A stretch of DNA of 24,077 bases from an uncultured Candidatus Epulonipiscium sp. (GCA_964442565.1 CAYUEJ010000003.1:1-24077), one strand, 5' to 3'; positions 9,173 to 17,757 are shown, counted from the stretch's first letter. Made by a program: numbers and translations. The notes: generated by a model from the sequence alone, not told the origin.

Positions 9173-11293
9173 TTAATTGTTTCCTAGTTTACTTAGTTGC
9201 ATATATCTTTTAGAATTTGATAAGTCATTTTTTATGCCTTCTATAATCTTAAATCTTATAATCCTATCAGCCTCATCAAAACTATATTGTAACAAGCCTA
9301 GCTCTTTAAAAATATCTAGTATTTGTAAGATTTTATACTCACTCATAGCCTGTTTGCTAACTTCTTTTTTAATGGCATATATTGATTCTTCACTAATGCT
9401 TATATTTGCTGCCTGCTTTAAATAACGATAAACAGCTACGGCATCATCCCTAGTTGGAATCATATTATCTAAATTATCACTGTAACTACTAATATAACAG
9501 CTTTCACTACTGTTTGTAAATAACTTTAACTTCTCGCCTGTAGGTTCTGGCATTTTTTTATATAAGGATAAATAATATTCACTTTTATTTCTTTCTTCCC
9601 CTAATGATTTTATATCTTTTATAAGCATTTGTGGGGTTACCTTGCCTAACCATTCATTTTTTTGAAGGTTACCTGCAATAAGTATATCCTCATCTTTTTC
9701 AATGATGCGGCTTTGATATCCCATATTAAATCCTACGCAATCAATTAACCTATCCGGTGTGTATAGCTGCATTTTTAAATGCTTCCCATCAGTTCCTATT
9801 GCCTTGCTACTATATACTTTAGCTTTATAGGAAAAAATTGGTGATGGATTACCTACTCCATAAGGCTCCAGATCTTCCAGTGCCTCCGCCATAGGTACAG
9901 TAATTTGCTGCTCATAAAGCTCACAGTCTATTTTCATTTTACGTTTTAGCATTTCATCATCAATAATAACCTGGCCATATTCATTGATGTGCTCCCTAAA
10001 ATCATCAATCTTATTATAATCTAAAGACAATCCCGCCGCCATGTCGTGTCCACCAAATTGCTCAAGAAAATGTCCTGAATTACAAAGGGCATCAAACATA
10101 CTAAAACCCTCTATACTACGTGCTGACCCTGTGCCCCTCCCATCTTTATCTATGGAAATCACGATGCTTGGTTTATAATAAAGTTCAGTGATTCTTGAGG
10201 CTACAATTCCAATAACACCAGTATGCCAGCCTTCAGACGCTACAACTATAACCCTATTAGAACTAAGTTTTTTATCTTCTTCAATCTTTTCAACTGCTAA
10301 ATCAAATATTTCCTGCTCTATAGCCTTCCGGCTTGTGTTTTCATCATCAAGTTCCTTTGCTATATCATTAGCTATATCCCTATCCTTTGTTGTAAATAGT
10401 TCGACACCTTTTTTAGCATCTCCAAGCCTTCCTGCTGCGTTAAGTCTAGGACCTATTTGAAACCCTATAGTTCCTGCGCTTATCTTCTTACCCTTAGACT
10501 TTGATACTTCTAGTAGTGCGTCAAGGCCAAGGTTCCAGGTAGTAGGGATTGTGTTAAATGCATTTTTAACTATAATTCTATTCTCATCTACTAGGGGAAC
10601 AATATCCGCAATAGTTCCAACGGCTACAATATCAATATACTTCCATATTGTATCTACATTCCCAAACCTAATCGCCAATGCATGAATTAGTTTAAATGTA
10701 ACTCCCACACCCGCTAGTTCTTTAAAGGGATAATTAGAGTCTGGGCGCTTTGGATTTACAATAGCATGGGCATCCGGCAAGACTTCCATACATTCATGGT
10801 GATCTGTAATAATGATATCTAGCCCTATATTTTTTGCAAATATAACCTCTTTATTAGCTGAAATTCCTGTGTCTACAGAAATCAGTAAGCTTGCACCCAT
10901 ATTTCTAATTTCTTCTAAGGCAGCCGTATTAAAGCCATACCCCTCACTAACCCTATCTGGTATATAATAATCTATATTATACCCATTTTCCTTTAAAAAC
11001 ATATATAAAATTGATGTGCTTGTAATACCATCCACATCATAGTCCCCGTATATCGTTATTTTTTCCCCGTCCTTCTTTGCTTTTTCGATACGCCCAATGG
11101 CCTTTCCCATATCTGGCAAATCCATGGGATCATGCATCTTGTCAAGACTTGGTGATAAGAATATGTTTTTCTCCTCTTTGGTAATTATTCCTCTATCCTC
11201 TAAAATAGCATCTATAATTTGTTTGGCTGTTTTATCACTGCCTAAAGCCTTATCATTGTTTCGCTTAATCCATTTATACTTTTCTATTATCAT
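9173..11293 (-). CDS. recJ: Single-stranded-DNA-specific exonuclease RecJ
   Basis: YGDYDVDGITS, DRVSEGYG, TDHH (DHH), GTIADIVPL, PRLNAAGRL, GSARS and FGGHDMAAG motifs. Likely ATG at 11293 (ORF track GTG at 11302). Confidence 0.96.
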   Translation of the reverse strand: MIIEKYKWIKRNNDKALGSDKTAKQIIDAILEDRGIITKEEKNIFLSPSLDKMHDPMDLPDMGKAIGRIEKAKKDGEKITIYGDYDVDGITSTSILYMFLKENGYNIDYYIPDRVSEGYGFNTAALEEIRNMGASLLISVDTGISANKEVIFAKNIGLDIIITDHHECMEVLPDAHAIVNPKRPDSNYPFKELAGVGVTFKLIHALAIRFGNVDTIWKYIDIVAVGTIADIVPLVDENRIIVKNAFNTIPTTWNLGLDALLEVSKSKGKKISAGTIGFQIGPRLNAAGRLGDAKKGVELFTTKDRDIANDIAKELDDENTSRKAIEQEIFDLAVEKIEEDKKLSSNRVIVVASEGWHTGVIGIVASRITELYYKPSIVISIDKDGRGTGSARSIEGFSMFDALCNSGHFLEQFGGHDMAAGLSLDYNKIDDFREHINEYGQVIIDDEMLKRKMKIDCELYEQQITVPMAEALEDLEPYGVGNPSPIFSYKAKVYSSKAIGTDGKHLKMQLYTPDRLIDCVGFNMGYQSRIIEKDEDILIAGNLQKNEWLGKVTPQMLIKDIKSLGEERNKSEYYLSLYKKMPEPTGEKLKLFTNSSESCYISSYSDNLDNMIPTRDDAVAVYRYLKQAANISISEESIYAIKKEVSKQAMSEYKILQILDIFKELGLLQYSFDEADRIIRFKIIEGIKNDLSNSKRYMQLSKLGNN

Positions 11294-11381
11294 ATTATCC
11301 ACCCCATCATAGGATATAGTATAACATATTCACAGTAAAGTTGTATAACTCGTATTATTAGTATCAATTTAATTTTATCTA

Positions 11382-11390
11382 TGATATAAT
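11382..11390 (+). promoter_or_regulatory. Extended -10 promoter of the S1-domain gene
   Basis: TGnTATAAT (TGATATAAT) about 33 nt upstream of the ATG; no clear -35. Confidence 0.5.
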
Positions 11391-11423
11391 ATAGCCGTAT
11401 TTACATTAAATAGGAGTGTTGTT

Positions 11424-11789
11424 ATGTCAGAGAATTTTGAAGTAGGTCAGATTGTCGAAGGGAAGGTAACAGGTGTAAAGCCATTTGGTGCTTTTGTATC
11501 TTTAAGTAGCTCAAAGCAAGGATTGGTTCATATATCACATGTTACACATGGTTTCTTGAAAGATATCAATGAAGCTGTGGCTGTTGGGGATACTGTTAAG
11601 GTTAAGATTATCTCTATCGATGATAGTAATGGTAAGATTGCCCTTTCTATGAAAGATGCAGCGCCAAAGGCTCCATCCCAACCTAAACCAAAGGAAGTTC
11701 CAGCAGAATCCTTTGAAAACTTGATGAAAGATTTTTTAAAAACATCAACTGACCGTCAAACCGACATTAATAAAAGACTTAATCGTTAA
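11424..11789 (+). CDS. S1 RNA-binding domain protein (YabR/YugI-like)
   Basis: GQIVEGKVTGVKPFGAFV...GLVHISHV...VKVKIISID...KIALSMK S1 fold plus a SFENLMKDFLK C-terminal helix as in YabR-type proteins; RBS AGGAG. Confidence 0.9.
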   Translation: MSENFEVGQIVEGKVTGVKPFGAFVSLSSSKQGLVHISHVTHGFLKDINEAVAVGDTVKVKIISIDDSNGKIALSMKDAAPKAPSQPKPKEVPAESFENLMKDFLKTSTDRQTDINKRLNR

Positions 11790-11794
11790 TTCGG

Positions 11795-11875
11795 TGGGTA
11801 TAGAAAATGTGCCACCATCAACGCTTTTACAACCAGAGGTTGTATGCGTCGATGATGGCACATTTTCTATGCCTA
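11795..11875 (-). repeat. Long hairpin, family A (conserved-loop element)
   Basis: Core arms 11800-11824 and 11846-11870 (25 bp, 2 mismatches, extendable by 5 bp); the loop on the minus strand is ATACAACCTCTGGTTGTAAAA. Confidence 0.9.
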
Positions 11876-11892
11876 TTATATCTATACTGTGG

Positions 11893-11956
11893 TAGTAGCG
11901 TACTTTTCGGACACTTTTACAAGCAAAGTTGTGTGTGCAGGAAATCTATGCTACTA
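11893..11956 (-). repeat. Long hairpin, family A, degenerate stem, overlapping the secF stop codon
   Basis: Arms 11893-11914 and 11935-11956 (16/22 Watson-Crick); the loop on the minus strand is ACACAACTTTGCTTGTAAAA. Confidence 0.75.
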
Positions 11957-12838
11957 GGCTCTTTTAGTTTTTTGAGTCAATTGATACCATACCGGGCTTG
12001 CTATAAATATAGATGAATATGTTCCTATTCCAATCCCCACTGCTAATGGAATAGCAAATTCTTTAACTGAAGCTGTTCCAAAAATTATTAAAAATATTAC
12101 AACTGATACAGTAGTTATAGATGTATTAATTGTTCTAGTTAAGGTTTGAGCAATACTCATATTAATAATCTCTGCCTTATCTTTTCTTACTCTACCTCTG
12201 TTTTCACGAATACGGTCAAATATAACAATTGTATCGTTAATAGAATATCCTAAGATTGTAAGGGTTACTGCAATAAATGATGTGTTAACTGGTACTCTAA
12301 ATACTGAGTAAACCATTAAAACAATACATAAATCATGAAGGAGTGCTATAACAGCGCTTGCCCCCATATAAAAATCTTTAAATCTAATACTTATATATAT
12401 TAGCATTAATATTGCTGATACTATAATTGCTTGTATTGCCCTTGTTTTCATTTCACCACTCACTGTTGGTGACATATCTTCTACCCCTAGCTGGTCTTCA
12501 TCTGTTAGGTTATATTTTTCTTTAAGAGCTTCAAACAATTCTTTTCTTTGACCTGTTGTAGTCTCTTTAATCTTAATAACTACTTCATTTTCTCCTGCTA
12601 CCTTAGTAATATGTGGTGACTTGTCCCCTGTTGTTTCCTCAACAATTGGCTTAATATCATTTTGAATATCGAAGTCTTGTCCAATATTTACATGTACTAA
12701 AGTTCCACCTTTAAACTCTATGTCATAATTTAGTATATCATTTCCTAAAGCCGCATTAAAAGGCATGGCAAGGAGTCCTATTAAAACAAGCACTATTGAA
12801 ATAGTAAAAAATATTTTTCTTTTTCCTATGAAATCCAC
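11954..12838 (-). CDS. secF: Protein translocase subunit SecF
   Basis: DIEFKGGT, SPTVSGEM, ILGYSINDTIVIFDRIREN, RTINTSITT and GTYSSIFIASP motifs. Confidence 0.96.
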   Translation of the reverse strand: MDFIGKRKIFFTISIVLVLIGLLAMPFNAALGNDILNYDIEFKGGTLVHVNIGQDFDIQNDIKPIVEETTGDKSPHITKVAGENEVVIKIKETTTGQRKELFEALKEKYNLTDEDQLGVEDMSPTVSGEMKTRAIQAIIVSAILMLIYISIRFKDFYMGASAVIALLHDLCIVLMVYSVFRVPVNTSFIAVTLTILGYSINDTIVIFDRIRENRGRVRKDKAEIINMSIAQTLTRTINTSITTVSVVIFLIIFGTASVKEFAIPLAVGIGIGTYSSIFIASPVWYQLTQKTKRA

Positions 12839-12850
12839 TGCGTATCCCCC

Positions 12851-14113
12851 CTATTCTGCAACTTTGCGCGCACCGTATAGTGCTGGTTTATTTATGCCCA
12901 TATTAATGAATAATCTCATAATATATCTTGTAATAAAAATTGCTGTAAACATTGAAATTACGATACCTACTGCTAATGTTTGTGCAAAACTTTTAATAAG
13001 TCCTGAGCCTAGGTAGTATAATACAGCTGCTGATATGAGTGTTGTTACGTTACCATCAAGTACGGCGCTAAGAGCCTTGTTAAATCCAACATCCACGGCT
13101 ACCCTAACACTTCTACCAACCTCTAACTCTTCTTTAATACGTGCCATAATAATTACGTTAGCATCTACAGCCATACCTATAGATAATATAATACCTGCAA
13201 TACCTGGAAGTGTAAGCGTTGCTCCCATAGCACTTAACGCAATAATTAATAATCCAATATAAAAACAAAGTGCAATATCTGCTGCAATTCCGCCTACTCG
13301 GTACATAACTGCCATAAATACTAAGATAAATATAACACCTAGTAATCCTGCAAATATACTTGAATCTAGTGCGCTCATACCAAGTTTGGCACCAACTGCC
13401 ATGGTTGAAATAGGTGTTAGGTTAAATGGTAATGATCCAGCTTCAATCCTACCTGCTAGCACATCTGCCTGTTCACCGGTGAATCTTCCTTCAATCATTG
13501 CCTTGCCGTCTGTAATTACACTGTTAACGTTTGGCGCGCTAATAACAACATCATCAAGCATAATGGAAAGTGGCTGGTTAATATACTTCTCTGTCGCCTC
13601 TGCAAAAAGTTTTGTTCCTTCTCCATCAAACTCAAGTGATACAACAGTCTTTGTAAGCCCTGTTTGTTGGTCTTGGTAAATCTGCTTAGTTGCACTCTTA
13701 ACGTGCTGACCACCTAAAGCTACCTCGCCATCAGGCCCAACAAATGATAGCTGAGCTGTTGCACCTATTTCCTCTACTGCTTGTGTCGCATCCTTCACAC
13801 CTGGAATATCAACGCGAATCCTTCTAGTACCTTCTTGTGCTACATCAGATTCTGTATATCCCTCTCTATCTAATCGTACGCGAATCATTTCAATTGCTGA
13901 GCTCATTTCTTTTTGGGTAGGATCTTCCTTAACATCAGCTTCATATACGATGTTTACTCCGCCTTTTAGGTCAAGTCCTAGCTTAATTCCTTCTGCTCCA
14001 AACTTCTTGCTCTCCCCAATTCCGTAATATGCTAATGCGGCAATTCCTACTGCAAGAGCTATTACTATAGCAAATATTATGCTACTTTTGGTTTTCTTAT
14101 TAGTACCCTTCAT
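12851..14113 (-). CDS. secD: Protein translocase subunit SecD
   Basis: KLGLDLKGG, LTLPGIAGIILSIGMAVDANVII, DGNVTTLI and IKSFAQTL motifs. Confidence 0.96.
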   Translation of the reverse strand: MKGTNKKTKSSIIFAIVIALAVGIAALAYYGIGESKKFGAEGIKLGLDLKGGVNIVYEADVKEDPTQKEMSSAIEMIRVRLDREGYTESDVAQEGTRRIRVDIPGVKDATQAVEEIGATAQLSFVGPDGEVALGGQHVKSATKQIYQDQQTGLTKTVVSLEFDGEGTKLFAEATEKYINQPLSIMLDDVVISAPNVNSVITDGKAMIEGRFTGEQADVLAGRIEAGSLPFNLTPISTMAVGAKLGMSALDSSIFAGLLGVIFILVFMAVMYRVGGIAADIALCFYIGLLIIALSAMGATLTLPGIAGIILSIGMAVDANVIIMARIKEELEVGRSVRVAVDVGFNKALSAVLDGNVTTLISAAVLYYLGSGLIKSFAQTLAVGIVISMFTAIFITRYIMRLFINMGINKPALYGARKVAE

Positions 14114-14168
14114 GTTTTTCCTCCTTATTGAGTAATCTTTATGTTATAAATTAATTCACATAAGACCT

Positions 14169-14197
14169 ATTATAAAATGCAATCAACCATACGTCAA
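14169..14197 (-). promoter_or_regulatory. SigA-type promoter of secD-secF
   Basis: Minus strand TTGACG (14197-14192), 17 nt spacer, TATAAT (14174-14169). Confidence 0.75.
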
Positions 14198-14231
14198 TCC
14201 TTTAACAACTTTACCTATGTACTTATAACCA

Positions 14232-14263
14232 TAAATTAAAAGCAGTGACCCTCTAGTCACTGC
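14232..14263 (-). terminator. Intrinsic terminator downstream of the TIGR04086-like gene
   Basis: Minus strand GCAGTGAC-TAGAGG-GTCACTGC followed by TTTTAATTT. Confidence 0.8.
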
Positions 14264-14310
14264 AATACAGTTCATTATAACACACATCTTAATCTTTGCA
14301 AAGTGCGTTG

Positions 14311-14733
14311 CTATTTTTTCATATTAATGCCTAGCATGCCACCTACCGCTCCACTACAAAGCATTACGCATAGCATTACTAATGCGTTTGTGCATAGCAG
14401 TAAACTTGCCTCTGATGTAAATGCTGCAATGGCAAAATAAATAGCTGCGTATATGCTAGCACCAACTATCCCCCATTTCCATCCATCTTTGCGCTCGCCC
14501 TTAGATGTATCTGCTCCTGCAATAAATGTTGATAAAATAATGCCTGTAATAATAATAATTTTTTCCTTATCAACCCCTATATTTGTATGTGTAATCAAAA
14601 CTGCTGTTGTAAGTAAAAATATAATAGTAACCATATAAGCATACATATTTGCCTTTAAAATACGCGCTACCCTCGTCGTAACTGGATTTGTTTTCGCCCC
14701 TGTTTTAGATCCTTTAACATAGCTTTTTTGCAT
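14311..14733 (-). CDS. Four-TM membrane protein, TIGR04086/YrzE (DUF3792)-like
   Basis: 140 aa with four hydrophobic segments, the K..GWKWG motif and C-terminal GAVGGMLGIN; typical clostridial position upstream of secD. Confidence 0.75.
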   Translation of the reverse strand: MQKSYVKGSKTGAKTNPVTTRVARILKANMYAYMVTIIFLLTTAVLITHTNIGVDKEKIIIITGIILSTFIAGADTSKGERKDGWKWGIVGASIYAAIYFAIAAFTSEASLLLCTNALVMLCVMLCSGAVGGMLGINMKK

Positions 14734-14822
14734 GATTTCACTCCTCCCTATTAAATGGCTTATACTATTGTATGCATGAAATTGACACTTTATGATAATA
14801 TATATATAGGAGGCTGATAATT

Positions 14823-15635
14823 ATGATAGTAGATTTACATGTACACTCAAATGCATCAGATGGAACTTTGACACCGACCGAACTTGTAATCCATGCTAAG
14901 GAAAAAGGGCTTAGCGCTATAGCTTTAACAGACCATGATACAGTTGAAGGGATAGATGAGGCCATGGAGGCCGGCGCACTATACCAAGTTGAGGTTATAG
15001 CAGGTATAGAACTTTCCGCCGATTTTCCAAATGATAACCTACATATATTAGGCTATCGTATTAACTTTAAGGATTCAGAATTTCTAAAAAAACTAAGACC
15101 TATACAAAATGGTAGGAATATTCGCAATGAAAAAATGCTCCAAAACCTTCGTGATTTAGGTTTTGATATAAGTATTGATGGTGATGCAGATATTGTTACT
15201 AGAGCGCACTTTGCTAGGGCCCTATTCGATGCTGGATATGTATCTTCACTTGATCAGGCCTTTAAGCTTTATCTTTCTCCTGGCAAACCTGACTATGTTA
15301 AACGAATAACCCCTAGCCCTAAAGAATGTATTGATTTAATCCATAGCGGGGGGGGTATAGCTGTCTTAGCCCATCCAACCTTATACGGTTTAAAGGCGCC
15401 AGAAATTATGAGACTCGTAAAAAAACTAGCAGACAACGGCCTTGATGGGATTGAGGTTATGCACTCAGTCCATAGTAGGCAAGACGAAATATTCCTAAGG
15501 GACCTAGCCAAAAAGAATAACCTAATTATTACTGGTGGCAGTGATTTTCACGGAAGCAATAAACCTAATCTTGAGATTGCTATAGGATACGGCAACCTCA
15601 AAATCCCCTACTCCATCTTGGAAAGCCTTCTGTAA
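14823..15635 (+). CDS. PHP domain metal-dependent phosphoesterase (TrpH/YciV-like)
   Basis: DLHVHSNASDG, ALTDHDT, GIELS, HILGY, AVLAHP and TGGSDFHG motifs; RBS AGGAGG. Confidence 0.93.
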   Translation: MIVDLHVHSNASDGTLTPTELVIHAKEKGLSAIALTDHDTVEGIDEAMEAGALYQVEVIAGIELSADFPNDNLHILGYRINFKDSEFLKKLRPIQNGRNIRNEKMLQNLRDLGFDISIDGDADIVTRAHFARALFDAGYVSSLDQAFKLYLSPGKPDYVKRITPSPKECIDLIHSGGGIAVLAHPTLYGLKAPEIMRLVKKLADNGLDGIEVMHSVHSRQDEIFLRDLAKKNNLIITGGSDFHGSNKPNLEIAIGYGNLKIPYSILESLL

Positions 15636-15639
15636 ATAT

Positions 15640-15707
15640 GGTGGAGTGGTATGGTGCAACACACACAGCATACGCCGCAAAAGTGTTGCACCATACTACT
15701 TACCACC
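15640..15707 (+). repeat. Long hairpin, family A
   Basis: Arms GGTGG-AGTGGTATGGTGCAACAC and GTGTTGCACCATACTACT-TA-CCACC; loop 15663-15682 ACACAGCATACGCCGCAAAA; starts 4 nt after the PHP stop. Confidence 0.9.
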
Positions 15708-15732
15708 ACCCGATAATAGAAGTCTACCCACA

Positions 15733-15760
15733 TGCCCTCCCCACATTAGATGGCTGCACG
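15733..15760. repeat. 28-bp direct repeat B, copy 1
   Basis: TGCCCTCCCCACATTAGATGGCTGCACG, identical to 15849-15876; flanked by CTACCC...GGGTAG. Confidence 0.92.
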
Positions 15761-15819
15761 GGGTAGGGTCAGCAGGTTTTAAATTCGGGTGCTACATTTG
15801 TTACAAAAACACCCTCCCG

Positions 15820-15847
15820 AACACTTTTGCAACCTAAGTTGCCGTGT
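15820..15847 (-). repeat. Family A loop without its outer stem
   Basis: Minus strand ACACG-GCAAC-TTAG-GTTGC-AAAA-GTGTT; the left and right flanks do not pair. Confidence 0.75.
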
Positions 15848-15848
15848 C

Positions 15849-15876
15849 TGCCCTCCCCACATTAGATGGCTGCACG
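15849..15876. repeat. 28-bp direct repeat B, copy 2
   Basis: Exact copy of 15733-15760, 116 nt downstream. Confidence 0.92.
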
Positions 15877-15945
15877 TGGTAAAGGCACCATATGGAACAC
15901 TTTTGCGGCGTATGCCGTGTGTGTTACATATGGTGCCTTTATCAC
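15876..15945 (-). repeat. Long hairpin, family A
   Basis: Core arms 15880-15900 and 15921-15941 (21 bp, 1 mismatch); the minus-strand loop ACACGGCATACGCCGCAAAA is 19/20 identical to the loop at 15663-15682 in inverted orientation. Confidence 0.92.
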
Positions 15946-15957
15946 TAATAGCCAATT

Positions 15958-17349
15958 TTAAAAATCTGCTGACCCAGGTGTTCTTGGGAATGGAATAACG
16001 TCTCTAATGTTTGTCATTCCCGTTACGTACATAATTAGCCTTTCAAATCCAAGACCAAATCCTGCGTGGCGTGTACCACCAAATCTTCTAAGGTCAAGAT
16101 ACCACTCATATCCTTCTGTAGTGAGACCCATTTCAGCCATACGCGCCTCTAATACATCAAGCCTTTCTTCCCTTTGGCTACCACCAATTAGCTCACCAAT
16201 CCCTGGTACCAAGAGATCCATAGCTGCTACAGTCTTATTATCCTCGTTAATTCTCATATAAAAAGCTTTAATATCTTTTGGATAATCTGTTACAAACACT
16301 GGCTTTTTAAAATGTTCTTCTGTTAAATAACGCTCGTGCTCTGTTTGAAGGTCGCAGCCCCAATATACATCGTACTCAAACTTCTTATCTGCTGCCTTAA
16401 GGATTTCAATACTATCTGTATAACTAACCCTTACAAAGTCTGATTCTAATAAAATATTAAGTCTGTTCATAACATCCTTATCCACAAACTTATTAAAGAA
16501 TTCCATCTCCTCTGGAGCATTGTCTAAAATATATTGCACAATATACTTTACCATATCCTCTGCAAGGTTCATATTATCATTAAGGTCTGCAAAGGCAATC
16601 TCTGGCTCTAACATCCAAAACTCAGCCGCATGACGTGGTGTATGGGAATTCTCAGCCCTAAAGGTTGGCCCAAAAGTATAAACATCTCTAAAAGCCATTG
16701 CAAATGTTTCTGCATTTAACTGACCACTAACTGTTAAGTTGGACATCTTACCAAAGAAGTCTTCTTTATAATTAACATTGCCCGCCTCATCCTTAGGAGG
16801 ATTTGCTGGATCTATAGTTGTTACATGGAACATCTCACCCGCACCCTCAGCATCGCTTGCTGTAATAATTGGTGTATGTGCATATACAAAACCTCTCTCC
16901 TGGAAAAACTGGTGTATAGCATAAGATGCAAGTGATCTTATACGAAATACAGCTGCAAAGGTATTTGTCCTAGGGCGAAGATGGGCTATTTGTCTAAGAT
17001 ATTCAAATGTATGCCTCTTTTTTTGAAGTGGGTACTCTGCTGGCGAGTTACCTTCTACCTCAATGTTAGTAGCTTTAATTTCAAAAGGCTGCTTGGCATT
17101 TGGCGTTATAACAATGCTACCCGTTGCAATAATTGCAGACCCTACTCCTAACTTTGCAATTTCCTTAAAATTGTTAAGTTCCTGATCAAATACAATCTGC
17201 ATACTCTTAAAGAATGTTCCATCATTTAGTTCTATAAAACCAAATGTCTTGGAATCTCTAACAGTACGAACCCAACCTGCCACTGTTACTGTCTGTCCTT
17301 CAAATGCTTGTATATCCCTATACAGCATTTTTACTGATGTAGTCCTCAT
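15958..17349 (-). CDS. asnS: Asparagine--tRNA ligase
   Basis: [80 protein letters not shown] and GFGLGFERL motifs. Start placed at ATG 17349 after GGGAG (ORF track 17373). Confidence 0.97.
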   Translation of the reverse strand: MRTTSVKMLYRDIQAFEGQTVTVAGWVRTVRDSKTFGFIELNDGTFFKSMQIVFDQELNNFKEIAKLGVGSAIIATGSIVITPNAKQPFEIKATNIEVEGNSPAEYPLQKKRHTFEYLRQIAHLRPRTNTFAAVFRIRSLASYAIHQFFQERGFVYAHTPIITASDAEGAGEMFHVTTIDPANPPKDEAGNVNYKEDFFGKMSNLTVSGQLNAETFAMAFRDVYTFGPTFRAENSHTPRHAAEFWMLEPEIAFADLNDNMNLAEDMVKYIVQYILDNAPEEMEFFNKFVDKDVMNRLNILLESDFVRVSYTDSIEILKAADKKFEYDVYWGCDLQTEHERYLTEEHFKKPVFVTDYPKDIKAFYMRINEDNKTVAAMDLLVPGIGELIGGSQREERLDVLEARMAEMGLTTEGYEWYLDLRRFGGTRHAGFGLGFERLIMYVTGMTNIRDVIPFPRTPGSADF

Positions 17350-17422
17350 TCTATTCTCTCCCTTTAATTTCAATTATTGCTTATCCTTTTATATTAATCT
17401 AATTTTGCTCATTTTACAAGGC

Positions 17423-17447
17423 AAAAAACTCCCTTTAACAGGAGTTT
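17423..17447 (-). terminator. Intrinsic terminator overlapping the stop of the TPR-like gene
   Basis: Minus strand AAACTCC-TGTTAAAG-GGAGTTT-TTT. Confidence 0.65.
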
Positions 17448-17757
17448 AGTTTACGGTTTTTAAAACTGTAGTAAAATTCTCATACATTTGTTTAAATTTC
17501 TCAAGTTGAGTATGTTTATGCTGGCAATCACTCTGCTCTACCCCTTCAAAAACCGTTAGTGCTTTTTCTAAAATTCGCATTAAATCCTCTTTTTGACCTA
17601 AATTTAAATAATACTCACTTAAACGCTCATACGGGTGGGTACCATCGAAACTTTCTTCTACATTTAACTCATATAACTCTACAGCTTTATCAATATCCCC
17701 ACTTTTTTCATATTCAATAGCTTGAAGATTTCTTTCAACTTGGTCTGACCAGCTCAT
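17446..17757 (-). CDS. Small hypothetical protein, TPR-like helical repeat
   Basis: EYEKSGDIDKAVELYE...HPYERLSEYY...EDLMRILEKAL resembles a TPR helix pair. RBS AAGGAG fits ATG 17757 better than 17763. Confidence 0.6.
   Translation of the reverse strand: MSWSDQVERNLQAIEYEKSGDIDKAVELYELNVEESFDGTHPYERLSEYYLNLGQKEDLMRILEKALTVFEGVEQSDCQHKHTQLEKFKQMYENFTTVLKTVN

Noticed and set aside
14280-14309. Possible extra family-A copy (AACACACATCTTAATCTTTGCAAAGTGCGTT)
   Set aside because: The stem is only about 6 bp, there is no apical mini-stem and only AAA; it is better explained as the minus-strand promoter-like sequence.
14782-14810. TTGACA upstream of the PHP gene as a SigA -35
   Set aside because: No -10 at 16-18 nt spacing; that position falls on the RBS.
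15724-15766. Classical GTAG-type REP or REPIN assignment
   Set aside because: CTAC...GTAG lies in the opposite arrangement to canonical REP doublets, and GTAG is not consistently 5' of the family-A stems.
15640-15945. CRISPR array or guide-RNA array interpretation of the repeat cluster
   Set aside because: Only two exact direct repeats, no regular repeat-spacer period, mixed orientations, and no cas or effector gene nearby.
15646-15998. Short ORFs 15646-15837 and 15789-15998 with shared PPHIRWLH peptide
   Set aside because: These are translations of repeat B and the A hairpins, with no recognisable domain.
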